In this document: one piece after another, positions 1-7,473 of the stretch | Numbering within the stretch: the first letter of the stretch is position 1 | Layout: each line of letters starts with the position of its first letter | The notes under the pieces: model-generated | Databases searched by the model: none | Told to the model about the DNA's origin: nothing | The model's input: the letters and a program-made list of their open reading frames with translations, nothing else | Source: Streptomycetales bacterium | GTDB lineage: Bacteria > Actinomycetota > Actinomycetes > Prado026 | Length of the DNA stretch: 28,484 nt | Assembly: GCA_025361995.1 (NCBI GenBank) | Contig: JANYIP010000216.1 | Span: forward strand, 1 to 28,484 | Direction: 5' to 3' | Position numbers and translations under genes: made by a program

Positions 1-220
1 GCGATGCATTTGTGCAATTGCACGCTCTTGCCTCGCGGAGCAGCATGGTCGATCTGCGTATGCGTATCTGCGATCTGACGTCCGGCTATCAATGCCAATC
101 CGTCAAGATGCATTTCAGCGCCCTCCCCTTGTTGCGTGACATGCAGGGTGTGGCGAGATACGCGCGCACCGAATGCCAGCGAAGTCGCGTGTCGGATCCG
201 CCAGATGGGAGGATGAGTCG

Positions 221-1375
221 GTGAACCGGCGTCCGTTGATGCTCGGCAACCGGCCGGCCTGGCCGCCGGTGGTCCTCGCGCCCATGGCCGGAATCACCAA
301 CGTGGCCTTCCGCCGGCTGTGCCGCGAGTACGGCGCCGGCCTCTACGTGAGCGAGATGGTGACCTCGCGGGCCCTGGTCGAGCGTGACAGTGAGACGCTG
401 CGGATGGTCGGCTTCGCCGCGGACGAGTCGCCGCGGTCCCTGCAGCTCTACGGCGTGGACCCCGGCGTCGTCCGGACGGCCGTACGCATGGTCGTTGACG
501 AGGACCTGGCCGACCACGTCGACCTGAACTTCGGCTGTCCCGTCCCCAAGGTGACGCGCAAGGGCGGCGGCAGCGCCCTGCCGTACAAGCGACGGCTGTT
601 CGCAGCGATCGTCCAGGCGGCGGTCGAGGCCGCCGACGGGCGGGTGCCGGTGACGGTCAAGATGCGCACCGGGATCGACGACGCGCACCAGACCTACCTC
701 GACGCCGGGCGGATCGCGCAGGCCGCCGGCGTCACGTGGGTCTCGTTGCACGGGCGCACCGCCGCCCAGATGTACTCGGGCACCGCCGACTGGCGCGCCA
801 TCGCGGCGCTCAAGGCCTCGCTCGACATCCCGGTGCTAGGCAACGGGGACATCTGGGAGGCCGCCGACGCGGTCCGCATGATGGCCGAGACCGGGTGCGA
901 CGGCGTCGTGGTCGGGCGCGGTTGCCTCGGCCGGCCCTGGCTCTTCGGCGACCTGGCCGCTGCATTCGATGCCGCGTCTGCTGGCGTGGCCGGCGCAGCG
1001 GCGCCCGAGGCCCTCCGACCGGGCCTTGCGCAGGTCGCTCAGGTGATGCGCCGGCACGCCGAGCTCCTCGGTGAAGCGCTCGACGACGAGGGCCGCGGCT
1101 GCCGCGACTTCCGCAAGCACGTCGCCTGGTACCTCAAGGGCTTCCGCGTCGGCTCGCAGGCCCGGTCTGCGCTGGCGTTGGTCTCCTCGCTTGCTGAGCT
1201 CGACGAAATGCTCGGCGGGCTCGACCTCGACCAGGCGTACCCGGACGACGTCCTGGGGGCCCCCAGGGGGCGTACAACCGGCGTACGCGGGGTGTCGCTG
1301 CCTGACCGCTGGCTGGACGATCCCGAGGCGGACGGCGTCCCCGTCGGTGCCGAGCTGGCGTACTCCGGCGGATAG
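221..1375 (+). CDS. dusB: tRNA-dihydrouridine synthase DusB
   Basis: VVLAPMAGITN, DLNFGCPVPKV, VTVKMRTG, LHGRT, GNGDI and GRGCLGRPWLF motifs. Start placed at GTG 221 (GGGAGGAT + 6 nt upstream) rather than ORF-track 173. Confidence 0.95.
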   Translation: MNRRPLMLGNRPAWPPVVLAPMAGITNVAFRRLCREYGAGLYVSEMVTSRALVERDSETLRMVGFAADESPRSLQLYGVDPGVVRTAVRMVVDEDLADHVDLNFGCPVPKVTRKGGGSALPYKRRLFAAIVQAAVEAADGRVPVTVKMRTGIDDAHQTYLDAGRIAQAAGVTWVSLHGRTAAQMYSGTADWRAIAALKASLDIPVLGNGDIWEAADAVRMMAETGCDGVVVGRGCLGRPWLFGDLAAAFDAASAGVAGAAAPEALRPGLAQVAQVMRRHAELLGEALDDEGRGCRDFRKHVAWYLKGFRVGSQARSALALVSSLAELDEMLGGLDLDQAYPDDVLGAPRGRTTGVRGVSLPDRWLDDPEADGVPVGAELAYSGG

Positions 1376-1405
1376 GGCCAACCACCGTGCGCGGCCCGCG
1401 GCGAG

Positions 1406-1433
1406 GGAACCGTTCTGGTCCCGAGGTCGTCTA
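1406..1433 (+). promoter_or_regulatory. Putative ECF-sigma promoter GGAACC-N16-CGTCTA upstream of the DsbA-family gene
   Basis: GGAACC 1406-1411, 16-nt spacer, CGTCTA 1428-1433; intergenic and correctly oriented; same geometry recurs at 8798-8825. Confidence 0.55.
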
Positions 1434-1525
1434 CCAGGCAGCGGTCGGCGCGCGTCCAGCCAGCCCGCAGAACTCGTCGAGATCATTCGGTTTGGACGGG
1501 TCACGACGTCGGGAAGGATGCCTCG

Positions 1526-2176
1526 GTGCTCGACACCACTGCTCCCTCAACACTCGTGACCCTCGACTTCTGGGCTGACCTGGCGTGCCCATGGTGCTAC
1601 GTCGGGAGCCGTCGGCTGGCGCTGGCCGTGGCGCACGAGCCTGACGGCTCCGTCGGGGTCCGCTGGCGCTCGTTCCAGCTGCACCCGGGCCTGCCTGACA
1701 GCGGCGCCGACGCCTTCTCGCTCGCCGAGGCCGACCGCGTGGCTGTGCTCAAGGCGCGCGTCAGCGCCATCGGTCGCGAGGTCGGCATCGGTTTCCTGGA
1801 CGGTCCGCTCGAGGTCGCTCCGGACACGTCGCTCGCCCAGCGGGCTGTGCTGCTCTACGACGGTGAACCTCGCCAGCGGGCCGTCTCGGCCGCCCTCTAC
1901 GCCGCCCACTTCGAGCGCGGCCTCGACATCACCAGCCTGGACGTAGTCGTTGACGTGGCCGGCCGCGCGGCGGGGGACCGGGCGGACCGGGTCCGGGCCC
2001 GGCTCGCGTCCGGCGAGGGCGAGACCGAGCTGGCCGCCGACCTTCTCGAGGCTCGGCTGATCGGCGTCAGCGCCGTCCCGACATACGTCGTGGGTGGACG
2101 AATCGCCGTCCAGGGCGCGCAGGAGGTCGAGGTCCTGCGGGCACTCATCGCGCAAGGGCGGCGCACGTCCGACTAG
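1526..2176 (+). CDS. DsbA/FrnE-family thiol-disulfide oxidoreductase
   Basis: DFWADLACPWCYVG (CxxC), WRSFQLHP, GVSAVPTYVV (cis-Pro loop) and GAQ motifs. Confidence 0.88.
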   Translation: MLDTTAPSTLVTLDFWADLACPWCYVGSRRLALAVAHEPDGSVGVRWRSFQLHPGLPDSGADAFSLAEADRVAVLKARVSAIGREVGIGFLDGPLEVAPDTSLAQRAVLLYDGEPRQRAVSAALYAAHFERGLDITSLDVVVDVAGRAAGDRADRVRARLASGEGETELAADLLEARLIGVSAVPTYVVGGRIAVQGAQEVEVLRALIAQGRRTSD

Positions 2177-2203
2177 TGGCTGGCGGCCGGTAGGTTCAGC
2201 CGT

Positions 2204-3469
2204 GTGACCGACCGGTACGACGACTCCTCCTCCGAGCGCTGGGTCGAGGAGCCGACGAAGCGGCCGGGGCGTACGTCCTTCGGGCGGGACCGGGCCCGCG
2301 TCCTGCACAGCGCGGCGCTGCGGCGGCTGGCCGGCAAGACCCAGGTCGTGGTCGCGGGTGAGTCGGACTTCCCGCGGACCCGGCTCACCCACTCGCTCGA
2401 GGTCGCCCAGATCGGTCGCGAGCTCGGCGAGGTGCTCGGCTGCGACCCCGACGTCGTGGAGGTCGGCTGCCTCGCGCACGACCTCGGGCACCCGCCGTTC
2501 GGGCACAACGGCGAGCAGGCCCTCGACGAGATATCGCAGGCGTGCGGGGGCTTCGAGGGCAACGCGCAGACTCTGCGCGTCCTGACCCGGCTCGAGGCCA
2601 AGACCTTCGCGCCCGCCGGGGGGCCCGATCCTGGGCGCAGCGTCGGCCTCAACCTGACCCGGGCCAGCCTCGACGCCGCGACCAAGTACCCGTGGTTGCG
2701 CACTGCTGGGCCGGCGGGCTCGGGGACGTACTCGGCCAAGTACGGCGCCTATGGCGACGACCGTGAGGTCTTCGACTGGCTGCGGCTCGGCGCGACTCCC
2801 GGGCGGCGCTGCCTGGAGGCGCAGGTCATGGACTGGGCCGACGACATCGCGTACTCGGTGCACGACGTCGAGGACGCGGTGCACGCCGGCTACCTGCAGC
2901 TCGCCCGGCTCGACTCCGCCGACGATCGCGCGGAGGTGGTGACGATGGCGGTGGCGCTCTATGCCGCGGGCGCCCCTGGAGCCGGCGCCGCCGAGGCCGA
3001 CGCGGCGCTCACCCGGCTGCAGGCTGAGCCCTTCTGGCCGGCGGCCTATGACGGGTCGATGCGGTCGCTGGCGGCGCTGAAGGACATGACCAGCCAGCTC
3101 ATCGGCCGGTTCGCGCGAGCTGCCGAGGACGCCACCCGGGCGCTCTGCGGCCCCGAGCCGCTCGCTCGCTACGCGGCCGACCTCGAGATCCCGCGTGAGG
3201 CGCGGCTCGAGTGTGCCGTCCTCAAGGCGGTGGCCGGCGTGTACGTGATGAACAGGCAGGGCGCCCAGGCCGAGTACGCCCGCCAGCGCGACCTCGTGGG
3301 CTCGCTCGCACAGGCCGTCCTGGCCGCCGCCCCGGGGTCGCTCGGGCCCGAGCTCGAGCCTGACTTCCTTGCCGCGCCCGACGACGCGGGCCGGCTGCGC
3401 GTCGTCGTCGACCGGGTTGCGGCGCTGACGGACAGCTCGGCCGTCGAGATGCTGGGGAGGTTGTCGTGA
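2204..3469 (+). CDS. dgt: Deoxyguanosinetriphosphate triphosphohydrolase (HD family)
   Basis: RDRARVLHSAALRRLAGKTQV, RTRLTHSLEVAQIGR, LAHDLGHPPFGHNGE, FEGNAQTLR, DWADDIAYSVHD; conserved position upstream of dnaG. Confidence 0.95.
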   Translation: MTDRYDDSSSERWVEEPTKRPGRTSFGRDRARVLHSAALRRLAGKTQVVVAGESDFPRTRLTHSLEVAQIGRELGEVLGCDPDVVEVGCLAHDLGHPPFGHNGEQALDEISQACGGFEGNAQTLRVLTRLEAKTFAPAGGPDPGRSVGLNLTRASLDAATKYPWLRTAGPAGSGTYSAKYGAYGDDREVFDWLRLGATPGRRCLEAQVMDWADDIAYSVHDVEDAVHAGYLQLARLDSADDRAEVVTMAVALYAAGAPGAGAAEADAALTRLQAEPFWPAAYDGSMRSLAALKDMTSQLIGRFARAAEDATRALCGPEPLARYAADLEIPREARLECAVLKAVAGVYVMNRQGAQAEYARQRDLVGSLAQAVLAAAPGSLGPELEPDFLAAPDDAGRLRVVVDRVAALTDSSAVEMLGRLS

Positions 3470-3900
3470 TCGCTGTCCACCAGGTGGACGCGGGGGTCGT
3501 GCTGCCGCTGCGGGCGGCGATCCTGCGCCCGGGCCTGGCGCTCGAGGAGGCCGACTATGCGCAGGACAGTGACCCGGCGGCGCTGCACCTCGCCGCCTGC
3601 GACGAGCTCGGGCATGTGGTCGGATGCTCGACCTGGTTCCCCGAGCCCTGGGAGGGCCGGCGGGCCTGGCGGCTGCGCGGGATGGCGACGAGCCCGGCCG
3701 TGCGAGGGTCCGGCGTGGGTGGGTACCTGCTGGAGGCCGGGCTCGCCGAGGCGCTGTCGGGCGGGGCCGAGTACGCCTGGGCCAACGCCCGGACCGTCGC
3801 GCTCGGCTTCTACCGGCGGTACGGCTTCCAGCCCGTGGGCGAGGAGTACCTCGGCGCCCTGGACATCCCGCACTTCGTCATCTGGCGCGCCCTGCCCTGA
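3466..3900 (+). CDS. GNAT-family N-acetyltransferase
   Basis: LRAAILRPG, WRLRGMATSPAVRGSGVG (motif A), WANAR and FYRRYGF; GTGA overlap with the dgt stop. Confidence 0.9.
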   Translation: MIAVHQVDAGVVLPLRAAILRPGLALEEADYAQDSDPAALHLAACDELGHVVGCSTWFPEPWEGRRAWRLRGMATSPAVRGSGVGGYLLEAGLAEALSGGAEYAWANARTVALGFYRRYGFQPVGEEYLGALDIPHFVIWRALP

Positions 3901-3962
3901 CCCGCTGGTCGGCCCACCGGTCCGCGCACCAGGCGCCGGAGCGGGGCGTCGGCGGGCGGACG

Positions 3963-3968
3963 TAGACT
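3963..3968 (+). promoter_or_regulatory. -10 element TAGACT, probable leaderless dnaG transcript
   Basis: TANNNT hexamer 6 nt before GTG 3975; no Shine-Dalgarno present. Confidence 0.55.
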
Positions 3969-3974
3969 CCGCCC

Positions 3975-5891
3975 GTGGCTGGCCGGATCCGCGACGACGA
4001 CATCGCTGTCGTACGCGAGCGTGCCCGTATCGACGAGGTCGTCGGCGAGTTCGTCCAGCTCCGCAGCGCCGGCGGGGGGTCCCTCAAGGGACTGTGCCCC
4101 TTCCACGACGAGAAGTAGCCCTCCTTCAACGTCACCCCGAGCCGCGGCCTCTACTACTGCTTCGGCTGCTCCGAGGGCGGCGATGTCGTCAAGTTCCTGC
4201 AGAAGGTCGAGCACCTCACCTTCGCCGAGGCCGTCGAGCGGCTCGCCGGCAAGTACAACGTCCAGCTCCGGTACGAGGAGGGTGGCTCGGCCGCCGGACG
4301 TGACCGCGCGCCCAAGACCAGGTTCGTCGAGGCCAACCGTGCCGCCGCCGAGTTCTTCCGCGAGCAGCTCACCTCCTCGGCCGAGGCGCAGATCGGCCGT
4401 ACCTTCCTCGAGGAGCGCGGCTTCGACCAGGCCGCGGCCGAGAAGTTCGGCGTCGGGTACGCGCCCAAGGGCTGGGACGGGCTGAACCGGCACCTGCGCG
4501 GCAAGGGGTACAGCGACGCCGAGCTGCTCGCCGGCGGCTTGCTGAGCCAGGGCCAGCGCGGGATCTACGACCGCTTCCGCGGCCGGCTGATGTGGCCGAT
4601 CCACTCGGCGTCGAGCGACGTCATCGGCTTCGGTGCGCGGCGGCTGCACGAGGACGACGACGGGCCGAAATACCTCAACACCCCCGAGACGCCCGTCTAC
4701 CACAAGAGCGAAGTTCTCTTCGGGATCGAGCTCGCCAAGAAGGAGATCGCCAAGCGGCAGCAAGCCGTCGTCGTTGAGGGCTACACCGACGTGATGGCCT
4801 GCCACCTGGCCGGCGTCGAGACCGCCGTCGCCACCTGCGGGACGTCCTTCGGCGAGGACCACGTACGCATCCTGCGGCGGCTGCTCATGGACCAGGACGA
4901 GTTCAGGGGCGAGGTGGTCTTCACCTTCGACGGCGACTCCGCCGGGCAGAAGGCCGCCGTCCGGGCGTTCACCGAGGACCGCAAGTTCGTCACCCAGCTG
5001 TTCGTCGCCGTCGAGCCGTCCGGCCTCGACCCGTGCGACCTGTGGCAGACCCGGGGCGCCGAGGCGGTCCGCGAGCTCGTCGCCCGCCGCGTCCCGCTGT
5101 CCGAGTTCGTTGTCAAGGGCATCCTCGCCAGGTACGACCTCAACGTGGCCGAGGGCCGGGTCGCTGCACTGCGGGCGGCGGCCCCCGTAGTGGCCCGTAC
5201 CAAGGACCGCTCGCTCGCCCACGCGTACGCGGTATCGCTGTCCGGCTGGCTCGGGATGGAGCCGGCGCAGGTGCTCGAGGTCGTCGCCCAGGCAGCCCGC
5301 GAGGGCGCCCGCGGGGGGCGGCCCGAGGCCAAGGTGGTCGACACCGGCAGGCCCGCGGGGGCTGGCTCTTCCGGGGTCACGGCAGCGGCACCGATGGCGT
5401 TCGGTGACCGGCCCAAGCCCGACGACCGGGTGCTCATGGTCGACCGCGAGGCACTCAAGACTGCGCTGCAGTTCCCGGCGCTGGCGGGGGAGGCCTTTGA
5501 CGCCCTCGCGCCCGCGGCCTTCGCCCACCCCGCGTACGTCGCCGTCAAGACGGCGGTTGCCGCCGCCGGTGGAGCAGCCTCTACAGAGGGCGGCTCTACC
5601 TGGGTCGCCCGGGTGCTCGACGTGGCCGCCAACGATGCCGTCCGCTCCGTCGTCACCGAGCTCGCCGTCGAGCCGCTGCGGTGCCAGGGCGACCCCGACC
5701 AGCGGTACGTCGACGAGCAGGTCGGCCGCATCTGCGAGCGACTCGTCCAGCTCCAGGTCGTCGACCTGAAGTCGCGGCTGCAACGCATCGATCCGACTGA
5801 CAGCGTGCAGTACAACCGGGTCTTCGGCGAGCTCATCGTGCTCGAGCAGCAGCGCCGGCAGATCCACGACCAAGCCATCGGTGGTGCCTAG
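3975..5891 (+). pseudogene. dnaG: DNA primase DnaG, full length (638 codons) but interrupted as sequenced by one in-frame TAG at 4116-4118; may be a sequencing error in a functional gene
   Basis: My translation from GTG 3975: [64 protein letters not shown], then continuous in frame into ORF 4539-5891 (YDRFRGRLMWPI, KYLNTPET, VVEGYTDV, FDGDSAGQKAA TOPRIM motifs). Confidence 0.93.
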
Positions 5892-5893
5892 CG

Positions 5894-6388
5894 GTGCCGG
5901 CGTTCCGCCGCCCGGGGCCACCGCCTGACCTGCGGCGCCTCGTCGCCCACGGCGAGCGTGTCATTGCCTGGGCCGTTGACCGGCAGGGTGACCCCGTGGT
6001 CGTCAGCACGCTGGCGCTCTACCTACCGACACCTTCGGGCGAGCACGACCGGGTGCCCTTCGAGCGCATCGCCAGTGCAGTGTGGGCGGACGACGCGCTT
6101 GCCGTCGCGTTGGTGGGTACCGGCGCCAAGCGCTACCTCGTACGTCTCGACGATCCGGGCGAGGTGCCCCCGACCGTGCGGGAGCGGGTCACCGCCAGCA
6201 TCGCCTTCTCCGAGCACGTCGACCTGGTCAGAGCTGGCGGGGCGAGGATCACCGCTCGGCGCGTTCCGGGTGCGCAGGACCTGACCTGGAACGTCCTCTT
6301 CGACCCGGGCCTCGACCCGGGTGACCCCGAGCTGCGGGCGCGGGCGGAGGCGGCCATCACCGCGCTGCGGTCGTCGACGGGGCTGTGA
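5894..6388 (+). CDS. Conserved-looking actinobacterial hypothetical protein downstream of dnaG
   Basis: 164-aa ORF starting 2 nt after the dnaG stop, GC-rich third codon positions; no family recognised. Confidence 0.75.
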   Translation: MPAFRRPGPPPDLRRLVAHGERVIAWAVDRQGDPVVVSTLALYLPTPSGEHDRVPFERIASAVWADDALAVALVGTGAKRYLVRLDDPGEVPPTVRERVTASIAFSEHVDLVRAGGARITARRVPGAQDLTWNVLFDPGLDPGDPELRARAEAAITALRSSTGL

Positions 6389-6464
6389 GCCGACGCCCGT
6401 GAGGGTGAGATCGACCGGTTTCGGCTGGTTGGCGTCGCACTGCTAGCCTCTAGGGCGCACCTGA

Positions 6465-6537
6465 TCCCGCCTAGCTCAATTGGCAGAGCAGCCGGCTGTT
6501 AACCGGCAGGTTACTGGTTCGAGTCCAGTGGCGGGAG
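6465..6537 (+). tRNA. tRNA-Asn (GTT)
   Basis: Full cloverleaf: acceptor TCCCGCC/GGCGGGA, D stem GCTC/GAGC, anticodon stem GCCGG/CCGGC with loop CTGTTAA (GTT at 6498-6500), T arm ACTGG-TTCGAGT-CCAGT, discriminator G. CCA not encoded (CCC follows). Confidence 0.98.
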
Positions 6538-6617
6538 CCCTAAGAGTCGTTGGTAGCAAACAACTCTTGCCCTTCGGCGAAGGCCCCTTCGAGATTTATG
6601 CCACTCCTGGTGGCCGC

Positions 6618-6633
6618 TCGAACGCGTGTTCGA
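6618..6633. promoter_or_regulatory. LexA (SOS) box, actinobacterial type
   Basis: TCGAAC-GCGT-GTTCGA matches all 12 specified bases of the mycobacterial LexA consensus TCGAAC-N4-GTTCGA; intergenic. Confidence 0.7.
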
Positions 6634-6830
6634 TCGCGTGGAGACTAGGCGGAGATGAACCTCTCCTTGCGTAGCGCCAAGGCCTAGCCTGCTCCGGGGG
6701 CTGGACTGCGCCCTAGTTCAGCAATCTCGAGCCTGAGCGCGTCGACTTTCGCAGACAACTCTGATGAGCACTGTGGCATTGGTGTCTGAGTCGGCTGCGC
6801 AATGACTGAGGTAGGTCCGGCCCTTCGCAG

Positions 6831-7118
6831 TTAGCCATGGAACGCGTCTCGACGGTGGTCGACGTCGAGCACGATCACCGTCCGGGTCTGCTCCTCGATG
6901 CGGTTCCGGACCCGGTACTCCCCGCGCCGGGCTCGCCACAAGCCTTCAAAGGGTTCACGCAGACGGGCGCCAACGACGTACGGGCGCTGACTGAGCGGCC
7001 CCACGATGAACTCCCAGGCCGCGAAGGCTGCGGCCGCGGGCAGTGTTTCGCTGAGCGCCCGTCGTGCCCCTGGGGTGAGAAAGATCGTGTACGGCTCATC
7101 CGGTGACTCAGGCGTCAC
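6831..7118 (-). CDS. relE: Type II toxin, RelE/ParE superfamily (mycobacterial RelE/RelG-like)
   Basis: EFIVGPLSQRPYVVGARLREPFEGLWRARRGEYRV...IVLDVDHRRDAF; overlaps the antitoxin stop. Confidence 0.88.
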   Translation of the reverse strand: MTPESPDEPYTIFLTPGARRALSETLPAAAAFAAWEFIVGPLSQRPYVVGARLREPFEGLWRARRGEYRVRNRIEEQTRTVIVLDVDHRRDAFHG

Positions 7119-7401
7119 GGCGCTCGCGCCGACGCCGCTGCGCCATCAGTCGTGCCATGTCCTCCGACGTCGTCAGGTCGCCGGCGGCGATGGCCGCCCC
7201 GGCGTCACGAACGCGCGCTGTGGCCGCTGGGTCGCGGAGCAGCTCGATGGTCGCCTCGAGCGACTCGAGATCGCTCTCGGAGAGAAGCACGACGTACTCA
7301 TGGCCGTTGCGGGTCACATGGACGCGCTCGTGCGTTCGGTCGACCTCGTCTGCGATCTCGGACAGACGGGCCTTGACCTCCGACAGCGGCAAGGTGCTCA
7401 T
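7108..7401 (-). CDS. Type II antitoxin, Phd/YefM family
   Basis: LPLSEVKARLSEIADEVDRTHERVHVTRNG...VLLSESDLESLEATIELL; directly upstream of the toxin. Confidence 0.92.
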   Translation of the reverse strand: MSTLPLSEVKARLSEIADEVDRTHERVHVTRNGHEYVVLLSESDLESLEATIELLRDPAATARVRDAGAAIAAGDLTTSEDMARLMAQRRRRERRDA

Positions 7402-7425
7402 AGACCAGAATAGTAGTCTGATATG
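7402..7425 (-). promoter_or_regulatory. Probable leaderless TA promoter with imperfect inverted repeat (autoregulatory operator candidate)
   Basis: AT-rich; TACTAT and TATTCT hexamers 8 and 5 nt before the ATG; CAGA-N7-TCTG inverted repeat (7406-7420); no Shine-Dalgarno. Confidence 0.4.
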
Positions 7426-7473
7426 TGGCGAGGCCGAAGTGGCAACCGATTGTCAACGCTGGGACCGGTCGAG

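Noticed and set aside
1-113. Minus-strand ORF from ATG 113 with GGAGG 8 nt upstream, running off the left edge
   Set aside because: Codon usage is unlike the host genes (many A/T-ending codons) and no motif is recognisable.
4116-4118. Genome-wide TAG recoding or pyrrolysine as explanation of the dnaG stop
   Set aside because: TAG ends dusB, the DsbA gene and dnaG at the expected lengths; no pyl genes or CTA-anticodon tRNA are in the window.
3810-5921. 703-aa minus-strand ORF
   Set aside because: Antisense shadow of dnaG; long stop-free antisense frames are expected at this GC content; no recognisable motifs.
6480-6674. 64-aa ORF in the track
   Set aside because: Overlaps the tRNA-Asn gene; spurious.
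6761-6800. CTGATGAG resembling a hammerhead ribozyme core
   Set aside because: No GAAA after the putative stem II, and stems I and III cannot be built.
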